Assembly: GCA_963783375.1 (NCBI GenBank)
Contig: CAWANH010000028.1
Location: forward strand, 736,001-800,000
From: Candidatus Eiseniibacteriota bacterium
GTDB lineage: Bacteria > Eisenbacteria > RBG-16-71-46 > JABDJR01
Direction: 5' to 3'
Length of the DNA stretch: 64,000 nt
The notes below the pieces were generated by a model. That model saw only the letters and a list, made by a program, of their open reading frames with translations. It was not told the DNA's origin and did not search any database. A program made the translations under genes and the position numbers. Positions 28,206-38,338 of the stretch are shown here, in pieces; position 1 is the stretch's first letter, and the number at the start of each line of letters is the position of its first letter.

Positions 28206-29531
28206 ATGCCGCCGACGGTCGAGCTTCCCTACGGCGAAGCCTCCCTCAGCTTCTCCCTGCCCGAGTCCTGGGACGTCCGGGAGGCCCGGCCGCGTTCGGC
28301 GACCCCGGCCGTATCCGTGGAGGCCGCAGCGCGCGAGGCGTTGGCCCACCCGGCGGCGGGGCCTCGGCTCCGCGATCTGGCCCGCCCGGGGATGACGGTG
28401 ACGGTGGCGATCACCGACGCAACCCGACCTTCCCCCGATCACCTGTTCCTTCCCCTGCTCCTCGAAGAACTTGCCGCCGGCGGGATCCGGGAGGACGACG
28501 TCACCGTCCTGGTGGCCCTGGGTATGCACCGTCGCACCACTCAGAGGGAGCGGGAGAGCAAGCTCGGCCCGGACGGGCGGCGGCTCCGGGTCGAGGAGGC
28601 CCAGGGCGCGGAGTCGGCGGAGTACCGGGATCTCGGCACCCTCTTCCCCGATGCGGCCGAACTTGCGGTGGCCCTTCCCGTTCCGGTCCCCGTTCACCTC
28701 CATCGACGGATCGTGGAGAGCGACCTGGTCATCGCCACCGGAATCGTCGAACCCCACCAGTACGCGGGTTTTTCGGGGGGGCGAAAGACGGTGGCCATCG
28801 GGTGCGCGGGGGCGGAGACGATTCGGGTGCTCCACGGGATCGCGTTCCTGGAGCACGCCGGCACCCGGCTCGGACGCATGGAGGACAACGCGGTCCACGC
28901 CGCCCTCGAGGCCATTTCCCGCCGGGCCGGCCTTCGCTTCGTGCTGAACGTGGCCCTGGACGGAGACGGAAACCTGGTGGCCGCGGCGGCCGGGGAGCCG
29001 GGAGCGGTGCTGGCCACGCTCACCGAGCGCCTCGCCCCGGTGACCTGGATACCCGTCGGCCCCGAGCCCTTCGACCTGGTCCTGGCCGGGGTGGGGGCCC
29101 CCAAGGACGCCAACCTCTACCAGGCCTCGCGCGCACTGACGTACCTGGCCTTCTCACCGGCGCCGGTGCTCCGGGACGGCGGGTGGATCGTCATCCCCGC
29201 CCGCTGCTCCGAAGGGGCGGGACAGGGCCCCGGGGAGGAGGAGTTCCTGGCCCGGATGCGGGCGGGCGCCTCCCCCGAAGAAGTCCTGCGCCTCCTGCGA
29301 CGGCAGGGTTTCGGGGCGGGGGGACAACGCGCCTTCATGGTGGCGCGCGCCCTGGCCCGCTACCGCGCCCTGGTGGTCGGCGCCGAGGTCCCGGCGGTGG
29401 TGACCGACTGCCACATGGAGAAGGCCCCGAACCCGCGCGCGGCGGTGGAACGGATGCTCGCTGCGGTGGGAGAGGACGCGCGCGTACTCAGCGTGCCCCA
29501 CGCTCTGGCCGTCCTGCCGGTGCGCGGCTAG
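28206..29531 (+). CDS. Nickel-dependent lactate racemase (LarA) family protein
   Basis: DATRP, ALGMHR, EPHQYAGFSGGRK, NLYQA. Confidence 0.85.
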   Translation: MPPTVELPYGEASLSFSLPESWDVREARPRSATPAVSVEAAAREALAHPAAGPRLRDLARPGMTVTVAITDATRPSPDHLFLPLLLEELAAGGIREDDVTVLVALGMHRRTTQRERESKLGPDGRRLRVEEAQGAESAEYRDLGTLFPDAAELAVALPVPVPVHLHRRIVESDLVIATGIVEPHQYAGFSGGRKTVAIGCAGAETIRVLHGIAFLEHAGTRLGRMEDNAVHAALEAISRRAGLRFVLNVALDGDGNLVAAAAGEPGAVLATLTERLAPVTWIPVGPEPFDLVLAGVGAPKDANLYQASRALTYLAFSPAPVLRDGGWIVIPARCSEGAGQGPGEEEFLARMRAGASPEEVLRLLRRQGFGAGGQRAFMVARALARYRALVVGAEVPAVVTDCHMEKAPNPRAAVERMLAAVGEDARVLSVPHALAVLPVRG

Positions 29532-29603
29532 CCGCCCTCCGTCTTTGCGCCGCGCGGGATGGGCCGGCGTTCCGTTCGCGCCTCGTCCTCGGTCCGTCCG
29601 GGC

Positions 29604-29828
29604 TCACTCCGGGCGGCGGTCGCGCTTCCGGCGCATCCCCCATGCCCAGAGGACCCCCACGCCCACCCCCATCGCGAAGAGCAGAGGAATGAGCAGCAGC
29701 TGGTCGACCCGCGCGCTCCAGAAGAGCACCCTGATGTCCACCGGCTGGTGGTTCTGCAACGCGATGATCAGAACGAGAAGGATTCCCAGGAACCCCAAAC
29801 CGAGCTTGATCTTGCGAGCGGTGCTCAT
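29604..29828 (-). CDS. LapA/DUF1049 family small membrane protein
   Basis: IIALQNHQPVDIRVLFW between two TM helices; GGAGG RBS. Confidence 0.8.
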   Translation of the reverse strand: MSTARKIKLGLGFLGILLVLIIALQNHQPVDIRVLFWSARVDQLLLIPLLFAMGVGVGVLWAWGMRRKRDRRPE

Positions 29829-30015
29829 CGGTATCCACCTCCCGGGCGGCTCACCGGAGGCCACCCTCCCGCCGGGATCGATCCTATGCGGACCGACGGA
29901 ACGTCGGAATTCCGACGTCCCCGGCGCCCCCATCGGGTCGGGTTGTCATGTGCAAAAGACACCAACCGGACGACACCCCGATCCCGGAACATTATGCCCC
30001 TCAATGGACTCCGGC

Positions 30016-30044
30016 TTTTCCACACTCTGGATGGGTTCTCCACA
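30016..30044 (+). promoter_or_regulatory. Pair of DnaA boxes away from oriC
   Basis: TTTTCCACA (30016-24) and TTCTCCACA (30036-44), each one mismatch from TTATCCACA. Confidence 0.5.
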
Positions 30045-30073
30045 ACGCCGAGCGCGGAGGTCGGTTCAAAGGA

Positions 30074-30538
30074 TCACGACTGTTTGAGGATTCCGAGGTC
30101 GGGCTTCCCGCCACCGGCCGGCTCCTTGGCCACCGGGCCCGACTTCTGCTCCTCGCCCATCGCGCAGTTGCCCTGAAAGAACACGCCATCCTGAATGATG
30201 AAGGACTTGGCGTGGACGTCGCCCTTGAAGTGACATCCGGTCTGAAGCTCTACCCTCTCCTTGGCGAAGATGCGGCCCTCCACCCTTCCGGCGATGCTGG
30301 CGCTGTGGACATCGGCGTCCGCCTTGATCTTCCCACCCTTGCCCACCATCAGGACCTCGCCGCAGGTCAACGTTCCCTCGAACTCTCCGTTCACCACCAG
30401 GGTTCCCTCGATGCGGAGGGTGCCGGTGAAGCTCGATCCTTCTCCGATCAGGCTGTTCACGCGCTTCTCCCGACTCCCGCCGCCGCTCGGCGCCGGTGTC
30501 GCGATGGTTTCCTTTTCTTTGGATCCGAACATGGCCAT
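30074..30538 (-). CDS. Bactofilin (polymer-forming cytoskeletal protein)
   Basis: SLIGEGSSFTG..GTLVVNG.FEG...IQDGVFFQGNC beta-helix. Confidence 0.92.
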   Translation of the reverse strand: MAMFGSKEKETIATPAPSGGGSREKRVNSLIGEGSSFTGTLRIEGTLVVNGEFEGTLTCGEVLMVGKGGKIKADADVHSASIAGRVEGRIFAKERVELQTGCHFKGDVHAKSFIIQDGVFFQGNCAMGEEQKSGPVAKEPAGGGKPDLGILKQS

Positions 30539-30735
30539 GATGCTCCCTCCACTCTCGTTGGGGTTTCCCCTGGGTCTTCTCGAGTTCGTCTGCTCACCGG
30601 CGTAGGATCTGCACCCCCGCGGGCTCTCGTCACTGCACCCCCGGAACCCGGACGCTCCGAGGCCCCGGACGGCCCGCGTCCATCCCGCGAGCCCCGTACC
30701 ACGACGGCGGTAACCGGGCCGAGGCCGGCCCAAAC

Positions 30736-31509
30736 TCAATCGTTCGGAAAGAGTTCCGGGATCGCCTCCCGAGGCGGCGTCGGCCGGCCCGCCCTCCGCA
30801 CCTCGAAATGGAGGTGAGGGTCGGGGCCTTCCGACCCGGCCCCCACCAGGGCGATCACCTGACCGGCCTCCACGCTGTCCCCCTCCGCAACCAGGTTCAA
30901 TTCGTTGTCGGCATAAATCGTCTGGAGTGAATCCGCATGATCCAGCACCAGGCGGTTTCCGAGGGACTTATCCCTCCCCGAGAAGGTCACGACCCCGTCC
31001 CCGGCCGCCACGATCGGGCGCTTGCGCGGGGCGCCGATGTCCACACCCGGGTGCCGGGGACCGAAGTCTCTCAGGATCTTCCCCTCCAGAGGCCAGAACA
31101 CCAGGACGTCTCCAGAGGGGCCGCTCAGGGCGCCGCTCGCGCCGTCGCTTCCGGGCAGGTTCTCGGCCAAGCTGTCCGAGACCCCCAGGGCCGGCTGGAT
31201 CCCGGCCAAATGCAGCATCTGCCGCTGCAGCTCGCGAAGTTGAGTGAGCTCCTGCTCCAGTTCCTTCACCGCGGCGTTTTGCCGGCGCAGGGCTTCGACC
31301 TCCACCTCGAGCGACGAGTAGTCCTTGAGCCGGTTCATGGCCTCGACGTACGTCACCACAGCCACCACTCCCGCCGTGAGGAGCGCAACCAGGAGAACCC
31401 CCGCCAACCAGGCCCAGATGGGCGCGATGCTCAGCACGATCGGCCGGCCGCGCCCGGGCGGGGTGATTTCCAGGGAAATGTATCGGTGCTCGGGAGGCTC
31501 CGACGCCAC
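30736..31509 (-). CDS. M23 family peptidase with TM helix and coiled coil
   Basis: HPGVD and PHLHFE zinc motifs. Confidence 0.88.
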   Translation of the reverse strand: MASEPPEHRYISLEITPPGRGRPIVLSIAPIWAWLAGVLLVALLTAGVVAVVTYVEAMNRLKDYSSLEVEVEALRRQNAAVKELEQELTQLRELQRQMLHLAGIQPALGVSDSLAENLPGSDGASGALSGPSGDVLVFWPLEGKILRDFGPRHPGVDIGAPRKRPIVAAGDGVVTFSGRDKSLGNRLVLDHADSLQTIYADNELNLVAEGDSVEAGQVIALVGAGSEGPDPHLHFEVRRAGRPTPPREAIPELFPND

Positions 31510-31518
31510 GCCCTGCTC

Positions 31519-32409
31519 CTATAGCCCCGAACCGACGCCGGTCAGATCGAGGATGCGCTCGAGGTCTTCCTCGCTGAAGTAGTGGACCTCGATCTTGCCC
31601 CGGCCGATCCCCCCGACGATTCGCACCTGGGTGCCGAATCGCGTCCGCAGTCGATCCTCCCACGCTTCCAGGGCGGGATGAGATCGTTTCCGCGCCACCG
31701 GCTTGGATGTTCGCGGTCTTTCCCCCTGAGCCCGGGCTTCGGCCTGGCGCACGGAGAGGCCCTTCTCCACGACTTCCTTCACCAGTCGGCTCCGCGGCGC
31801 TCCCGCGGGAACGGCGAGAAGGGCGCGGGCGTGACCGGCGGAGAGTGTTCCACGTGAAACAAGATCGAGGATCTCTCGCTCGAGCCCGAGAAGACGAAGG
31901 GAGTTGGTCACCGCAGTGCGGCTCTTCCCGACCTGGGAGGCGATCTCTTCCTGGGTGAGTCCGAACTCCGTGGCCAAGCGCTCGAACGCTTCCGCTTCGT
32001 CGATGGGGTTCAGATCCTCGCGCTGGAGGTTTTCCACCAGGGCCACTTCCAGCATCTCACGCCGGGACGCCTGACGAACCACCACCGGCACCGATTGCAG
32101 GCCGGCTTGCTTCGAGGCCATGAACCGGCGCTCGCCGGCGATGAGTTCGAATTCACCGTTCTCCGCCGCGCGCACCACGAGGGGCTGAATGAGGCCGTTC
32201 TCCTCGATAGAGCGTGCCAGTTCGGTCAGGGTCTCGGGGTTGAACTGGTTGCGCGGCTGGAAGGGGTTTGGACGAATCCGATCCACCGATACCATGCGGG
32301 GAGCGCCGTCGCCGGGTTCGACCCGGGGGGTTCCGCCGGTGGGGGTGGGGTCGCTGGACGACACGGGAATGAGGGCCTCCAGGCCCCGGCCAAGCGCCTT
32401 TCTACTCAT
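31519..32409 (-). CDS. parB: Chromosome partitioning protein ParB
   Basis: LGRGL, NPFQPR, IAGERR, ENLQREDL, SAGHARAL. Confidence 0.96.
   Translation of the reverse strand: MSRKALGRGLEALIPVSSSDPTPTGGTPRVEPGDGAPRMVSVDRIRPNPFQPRNQFNPETLTELARSIEENGLIQPLVVRAAENGEFELIAGERRFMASKQAGLQSVPVVVRQASRREMLEVALVENLQREDLNPIDEAEAFERLATEFGLTQEEIASQVGKSRTAVTNSLRLLGLEREILDLVSRGTLSAGHARALLAVPAGAPRSRLVKEVVEKGLSVRQAEARAQGERPRTSKPVARKRSHPALEAWEDRLRTRFGTQVRIVGGIGRGKIEVHYFSEEDLERILDLTGVGSGL
31846..31861. promoter_or_regulatory. parS site inside parB
   Basis: TGTTCCACGTGAAACA. Confidence 0.85.
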
Positions 32410-33196
32410 TGGGCACCATCTCCCTCTGGGGTTGCGGTTCATGCGACATAACCTCTTGTGCCAGAGCAAGATAGCTCTGTGATCCGACGCAGGCATGGTC
32501 GTACTTGAGGACCGGCATGCCGTAGGAGGGCGCCTCGCTCAACCGGACGTTGCGCGGGATGACGCTCTGATAGACCCTGCCGGCAAAGAACTTCCGGGCC
32601 TCCTCCGCCACTTCATGGGAGAGGTTGAGCCTGGAGTCGTACATCGTGAGTAGGATCCCCTCGATTTCCAACCTTGGATTCAGGGATTGCTGGATCAGGC
32701 GAATGGCGTTGAGGAGCTGGGTCAATCCCTCGAGGGCGTAATACTCGGTCTGAATGGGGATCAGGACCGAGTCGGCCGCGGTGAGGGTGTTCACGGTGAG
32801 GAGCCCCAGCGAGGGCGGGCAATCCGCGAGGATGTAGTCATAGCGCGCCCGTATCGGTTCCAGATGGCGCCGCAACACCTTTTCTCGCTCCGGCTGGGAG
32901 ACCAGCTCGACCTCCGCGCCGATCAGCCGTTGTCCAGACGGGAGAAGATCGACCCCGGCCACCGAGGTGGCGGTGATGGCTTCCTGAAAGGAACAGGAGT
33001 CGGTCATCACTTCGTAGACGCCGTTGGGGACGTCGTTCCCCCGAACCCCCAGACCGCTTCCCGCGTTTCCCTGAGGGTCCAGGTCCAGGACGAGGATGCG
33101 CCGCCCGGACTCCGAGAGGGCGGCGGCGAGGTTCACCGTCGTCGTGGTCTTCCCCACCCCCCCCTTCTGGTTGGCTATCGCGATCATCCGGCTCAC
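32402..33196 (-). CDS. parA: Chromosome partitioning ATPase ParA/Soj
   Basis: NQKGGVGKTT, DLDPQGN, DCPPSLG, IPRNVRLSEAPS. Confidence 0.96.
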   Translation of the reverse strand: MSRMIAIANQKGGVGKTTTTVNLAAALSESGRRILVLDLDPQGNAGSGLGVRGNDVPNGVYEVMTDSCSFQEAITATSVAGVDLLPSGQRLIGAEVELVSQPEREKVLRRHLEPIRARYDYILADCPPSLGLLTVNTLTAADSVLIPIQTEYYALEGLTQLLNAIRLIQQSLNPRLEIEGILLTMYDSRLNLSHEVAEEARKFFAGRVYQSVIPRNVRLSEAPSYGMPVLKYDHACVGSQSYLALAQEVMSHEPQPQREMVPNE

Positions 33197-33548
33197 GTCG
33201 TGCTTCCTTTCCGACGGGGCTGACTCGCCCGGAAACGCCCCAATGCGGCTCCGCGGAATCGGAGATTCCGCAAGGGGGGTCCGGCACGCTCAACTCTATG
33301 TATCACAAGGGGAAGGCGGGGTGGACGAGACGAAGACAGGGTGAGCGCCGAGTTCACCGCAAGACCGCCGCCCTCCATAAGCGCCTATCTTGCCTGGAGC
33401 TGAGAGACTTGCCCGCAGTCGGCTCAGATCGTCTTTCCTGGCTATGGTGCGACCCCCAGCCCACGATGTCAATCCAAACGCCGGATCTTATCTCTAACCC
33501 TTTGTCCCGCTTGAATCAAAAATTCTGCGTCGGTCTCTCCGGCGCCCG

Positions 33549-33564
33549 TGTTTCACGTGAAACA
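33549..33564. promoter_or_regulatory. parS site
   Basis: Perfect TGTTTCACGTGAAACA. Confidence 0.92.
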
Positions 33565-34201
33565 TCGGTGTGAATCCGCCGGAACGCCGGCAAAATCCCT
33601 TGCTGCATAACGTGTTGAGCCGTTCCGGTGGCAGCCGGCGGGCCCTGGTCCGGTCCGGGTGCGTCTGGTGCCGAGGGGTCCGAACGAGAAGCATGGGGCA
33701 TTCGCGGGAAGCCCCCGGTCCACCCGCCGCCTCCCGGGAGCCACGCCGGAGGCCCGGGACGGACCCCTACGACCGAGCCCCGGAGAGCGCATCCGGATCA
33801 CGGAGACCCTCCCCTAACCTGAACGGTCTCCAGCCCAAGAGCCTCGACCCCGGTGAGCCGGGGCCGTGGGATTGGCCGGGGGAGATGTTGGCCGGTGCCG
33901 GGTCGAGAGCCGGGGTCCGGGGGCGGCCGCGGGGTCCCGGGATCCTGGGGTGGGCGCCGCGTCTCCATCCCCCCACTCCCCGGATCGGCGCCGGCGCTTC
34001 GGTCATCGGGCCTCTCCAGCCAGGGATGGATCTGCCCCCCACCGGACGACCAGGCCCACTCCCGGTGGACGGATCAGCTCCCTCGTGGGGCGCACGGCCC
34101 GGACGAACCAAGCATCAATAGCCACACAACTTATTGACAATAAACGTTTTACAGAATAACAAATCGTGAGCCTGTACAACCACACGGTTTGTATGGGGCG
34201 A

Positions 34202-34217
34202 TGTTTCACGTGAAACG
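34202..34217. promoter_or_regulatory. parS site
   Basis: TGTTTCACGTGAAACG (one mismatch). Confidence 0.88.
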
Positions 34218-34259
34218 TCGCGGTCGCATGACCGCCCTCGCCGGGGTCTGCCGGGAACT

Positions 34260-34910
34260 CTACCTGGAGTTTGGCAGCTCCGCCCACGTGGAGCGGGGCC
34301 AGACCTGGATGGCGCGCGGAGATTCGCTCTCGATGGGGAGGACGCGGATTCCACCAAGCCCAAGACCCGGATCCCCGAAACGGACGAATTCTGCATCCGG
34401 GCTCATGATCTCTTCGAGCAGGGTCACCATCGGCGGCGTCCAGCTGACGGCCCTGGAAACCCCGAAATCAAACAGGGGCTCCGGGTGGCTGCGCGCAAAG
34501 GCATCCAGGGACGCCATGACCACGCGGGTGCGCTTGAGCCCCAGCTGCATGACGGTTCGCTCGAGGAAGCCGGCCCGTCGGTGCCTCGGCTCGACGAGCA
34601 CGATTTCCAGATCCGGGCGCAAGATGGCCAGGGGTATCCCGGGCAGCCCCGCGCCGCTTCCAACGTCCACCACGCGCGACCCAGGCTTGGCCAGGCCCAC
34701 GAAGACCGGCGCCGCCACTTCCCGCAGGTGACGCATGAAGAGCCGCGGGAGGTCCTTTCGCGAAACCAGCCCCAAGCTCGCGCCCCGTTCGATGATCAGC
34801 TCCCCGTAATCGAGGAGCCGCCCCCGGTCCGCGTCCAATAGTTCTTTGTGATTATCATACAACCATGATATAAATGATTTCTTATCGCTATCGAATTCCG
34901 TGCTTTCCAT
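34260..34910 (-). CDS. rsmG: 16S rRNA m7G527 methyltransferase
   Basis: DVGSGAGLPGIPLAI, VSRAV; directly downstream of mnmG. Confidence 0.88.
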   Translation of the reverse strand: MESTEFDSDKKSFISWLYDNHKELLDADRGRLLDYGELIIERGASLGLVSRKDLPRLFMRHLREVAAPVFVGLAKPGSRVVDVGSGAGLPGIPLAILRPDLEIVLVEPRHRRAGFLERTVMQLGLKRTRVVMASLDAFARSHPEPLFDFGVSRAVSWTPPMVTLLEEIMSPDAEFVRFGDPGLGLGGIRVLPIESESPRAIQVWPRSTWAELPNSR

Positions 34911-34941
34911 GCTCAGTCCTTTTACCGGAATCCGGTCGTAA

Positions 34942-36846
34942 TTACCGCCGGCCGTTTCCGGGTCCGTTCGATGCGCCGTTCTTCCCCGCGCCCCCGAACT
35001 CCTTGAGCCGGACCAGGATCACCCCCACGTCCGCCGGCGACACCCCCCGCACCCGCGAAGCCTGCCCCACGTTGTCCGGCCGAACCCTGAGGAGCGCTTC
35101 CCGTCCCTGGTTGGACACCCCGCGAAGTTCGCTTTGCCAGAACGGCTCGGGAATCCGGCGGTCTTCCATGTCGCGCCGGCGCTCGATGCCGTCCAGTTCC
35201 CGGCGGATGTATCCTTCGTACTTGACCTCGATCTCCAACCGTCGTCCCAGGTCCACGGGAAGGAGGGGCGCCTCCGACACCGCGGCCAGGGCCGGATAGG
35301 TCACCTGGGGTCGGCGCAGGAGATCCTCGAGGCTCATCCCGCCGAACTCCGGCACCTCCAGGGAAGGAAGCGTCTCGCCGATCCGGTGCATGGAGACCCG
35401 CGAGCTCCGCAGGCGCTCCCGTTCCCCGGCGATCCGCCGCCGCTTCTCCAGCCAGCCGGCCCGCTCCCCGGCGGTCACCAGGCCCAGCCGCGCCCCCAGG
35501 CCCATCAACCGCTCGTCGGCGTTGTCGTTCCGCAAGAGGAGCCGGTACTCGGATTGGGAGGTGAACATGCGATAGGGTTCTTCGGTGCCCAGGGTCACGA
35601 GGTCGTCGATCATGACCCCCACGTACGCTTCCCAGCGGCGAAGCACCACCGGCTCCTCTCCCCGAATCCGTAGCGCGGCGTTGATTCCGGCCAGCAACCC
35701 CTGCCCCGCCGCTTCCTCGTACCCGGTGGTGCCGTTGATCTGGCCGGCCAGGAAGAGTCCGGCCACCGGCTTGGTCTCGAGGTTGGGATGAAGCTGCTCC
35801 GGATGCACGAAGTCGTACTCCACCGCATAGCCCGGACGCAGCATCTCCGCCTCGGCAAGCCCGGGCACGGTGGCCAGGATCTCCATCTGCACTTCCTCGG
35901 GAAGGCTGGTGGAGAGACCGTTGATATACATCTCGTCGGTTGCGCGCCCCTCGGGCTCGATCCAGATATGGTGCGCCGGCCGGTCGGGGAACTTCACCAC
36001 CTTGTCCTCGATGGACGGGCAATACCGGGGACCGACCCCCCGGATACGTCCGGAGTAGAGAGGCGAGCGATGCATGTTCTCCCGGATCACCCGGTGGGTC
36101 TCCCCGGTGGTATGGGTGATCCAGCAGGTCACCTGCTCCACGTCCAGGGCCTCGGTGAAGTGGGAGAAAGACGCGGGGGGATCGTCCCCGTATTGTACGG
36201 CCAGCCCGTCGAAGTCGATGCTTCGCCGGTGGATCCGCGGCGGGGTGCCGGTCTTCATCCGTCCCAGTCGAAACCCCTTCTCCCGAAGGGAGTCGGAGAG
36301 CCGCGGGGCGGAGATCTCGCCGCTTCGACCCCCGGGATAGTTGGCGTCACCTAGGTGAATGAGGCCGTTCAGGAAGGTCCCGGGGGTGATGATGAGGGCC
36401 CGGCAGGCGTACCGGCGGCCGCTTTGGAGTCCCACCCCGGCGATCCGATCCCCCTCCAGGAGGATCTCCACCACCTGGCCCTGGCGGAGGTCCAGCCCCG
36501 GTGTCCGCTCCACCATGCGGCGGACGGTGTCCTGATAGAGCTTCTTGTCGGCCTGGGCCCGGGGGGAGTGGACCGCGGGGCCCTTGCTCCGGTTGAGCAT
36601 CCGGAACTGGATCCCGGCGGCGTCGATCGCCCGGCCCATGACGCCTCCCAGGGCGTCGATCTCCCGCACCATCTGACCTTTCCCCACTCCGCCGATGGCC
36701 GGGTTGCAGGACATCTGCGCCACGTGATCCAGGTTCAGGGTGAGGAGCAGGGTCTGCATCCCCATCCGCGCCGCGGCCGAGGCGGCCTCGCAGCCGGCGT
36801 GGCCGGCCCCGATCACGATGACGTCATAGGCGTCGTGGGATGACAT
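34942..36846 (-). CDS. mnmG: tRNA modification enzyme MnmG (GidA)
   Basis: [42 protein letters not shown]. Confidence 0.97.
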   Translation of the reverse strand: MSSHDAYDVIVIGAGHAGCEAASAAARMGMQTLLLTLNLDHVAQMSCNPAIGGVGKGQMVREIDALGGVMGRAIDAAGIQFRMLNRSKGPAVHSPRAQADKKLYQDTVRRMVERTPGLDLRQGQVVEILLEGDRIAGVGLQSGRRYACRALIITPGTFLNGLIHLGDANYPGGRSGEISAPRLSDSLREKGFRLGRMKTGTPPRIHRRSIDFDGLAVQYGDDPPASFSHFTEALDVEQVTCWITHTTGETHRVIRENMHRSPLYSGRIRGVGPRYCPSIEDKVVKFPDRPAHHIWIEPEGRATDEMYINGLSTSLPEEVQMEILATVPGLAEAEMLRPGYAVEYDFVHPEQLHPNLETKPVAGLFLAGQINGTTGYEEAAGQGLLAGINAALRIRGEEPVVLRRWEAYVGVMIDDLVTLGTEEPYRMFTSQSEYRLLLRNDNADERLMGLGARLGLVTAGERAGWLEKRRRIAGERERLRSSRVSMHRIGETLPSLEVPEFGGMSLEDLLRRPQVTYPALAAVSEAPLLPVDLGRRLEIEVKYEGYIRRELDGIERRRDMEDRRIPEPFWQSELRGVSNQGREALLRVRPDNVGQASRVRGVSPADVGVILVRLKEFGGAGKNGASNGPGNGRR

Positions 36847-36904
36847 GGGGAAGGGGTCTCCAGGATCAGAGGGTCAACCCGGGCGCGGCGCGCCGCCGGC
36901 CCGG

Positions 36905-38287
36905 TCATTTTCCGATACAGAACCGCCGGAAGATCTCGTCCAGAAGCTCGGCGCCCGCCCGCTCGCCGGTGATGGCGGCCAGAGCCTCGAGGGCCCGGTG
37001 CAGATCCGCCGCCGCCAGCTCCACCGGCTCACCGGCCAGGAGCACGGCCCGCCCCCGCGCCAGGGCTGACGCCCCCGATCGCAGGAGGTGCGCGTGGCGC
37101 TCGTTGGCCACCCAGACCGTCTCCCCCTCGAGGGCGTCCACCACCTCGGCGGTGAGCTCCGCCTCCAGGGCACGGGCCAGTCTGCCAACCCCCGCCCCGC
37201 TGAGGGCCGAAGTTCGATGGGTGGCCCGTGGTGAGTGACCGTTCACCCACCCGCCTTCCCGGGACCCCAGGTCGGCCTTGTTCAGGACCAGGTGTACCCG
37301 GGTAAACTCCAGCCCACGGGCGATTTCGCGATCCTCGGGCGTGGCCGGCGTCGAGCCGTCCACCACCCACAGGATCACATCCGCCTTGCGGAGTTCGGAG
37401 CGGCTCCGCTCCACTCCCGCCCGCTCCACCGGCTCCACCGCCTCGCGAAGCCCCGCGGTGTCCACCAGCCGGACCGGGATCCCCGACCATTCCACCCACC
37501 CGTCCACCACGTCGCGGGTGGTACCGGGGGTCTCGTGAACCAGGGCACGATCGGATCCCACCAGGGCGTTCAGGAGCGACGACTTCCCCACATTCGGCCG
37601 TCCGCACAGCGCCACCGTCATCCCCTCCCGCGCACGGCGCGAGGGGGCGTGCCCGGCGGCCAGACGATCCAGGCGTGCTTCGGCCCGGGCCAGCGCCGCG
37701 GCCACCGAAGCCGCGTCAGGGGCCTCGGGGACGTCGTCCCCGAAGTCGAGATGGGCTTCGATCCGCGCCAGCTCGCCTCGGATCTCCCCCGCCAGGCCGC
37801 GCACCCGCTCCGACAACCCGCCCTGGAGCTGGATCAGCGCCTGCTCCTGGGCCCGGCGTCCGCGCGCGGCAATGAGATCGGCCACCGCCTCGGCCTGAGC
37901 CAGATCCAGCCGTCCGTTCAGGAACGCGCGCCGCGAGAATTCACCCGGCTCCGCGGGCCGGGCGCCCGCCTTCCACAGCGCCTCCAGCACCCGGCGGGCG
38001 GGAACGCTCCCGCCGTGGCAGGATAGTTCAACCACGTCCTCCCCGGTGTAAGAGCGCGGCCCGCGATAAACCCAGGCCACCGCTTCGTCCACCGAGGCCT
38101 CGCCGTCCACCACGAACCCGTGCATCCCCTCGAAGCCGGCCAGGGCCTCGAGCTTCCGCGCCCCGCGAAACGCCCGATCGGCCACCGCCACCGCTTCGGG
38201 GCCGCTCAAGCGCACCACGGCCAGGGCCCCCGCCCCGGGAGGGGTGGCGAGCGCGGCGATGGTGTCTCGAGCCGTGTTTCGGATCAC
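36905..38287 (-). CDS. mnmE: tRNA modification GTPase MnmE (TrmE)
   Basis: DTIAALATP, GRPNVGKSSL, GTTRD, DTAG, NKAD, FCIGK. Confidence 0.97.
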   Translation of the reverse strand: MIRNTARDTIAALATPPGAGALAVVRLSGPEAVAVADRAFRGARKLEALAGFEGMHGFVVDGEASVDEAVAWVYRGPRSYTGEDVVELSCHGGSVPARRVLEALWKAGARPAEPGEFSRRAFLNGRLDLAQAEAVADLIAARGRRAQEQALIQLQGGLSERVRGLAGEIRGELARIEAHLDFGDDVPEAPDAASVAAALARAEARLDRLAAGHAPSRRAREGMTVALCGRPNVGKSSLLNALVGSDRALVHETPGTTRDVVDGWVEWSGIPVRLVDTAGLREAVEPVERAGVERSRSELRKADVILWVVDGSTPATPEDREIARGLEFTRVHLVLNKADLGSREGGWVNGHSPRATHRTSALSGAGVGRLARALEAELTAEVVDALEGETVWVANERHAHLLRSGASALARGRAVLLAGEPVELAAADLHRALEALAAITGERAGAELLDEIFRRFCIGK

Positions 38288-38338
38288 GGGGACCTTCCGG
38301 TGATGCTGTTCGGACCGGGCCTTGCGCGACCGGCGGGA

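Noticed and set aside
31846-31861. parS inside parB as a novelty
   Set aside because: Intragenic parS sites in parB are already known, for example B. subtilis spo0J; listed as a feature only
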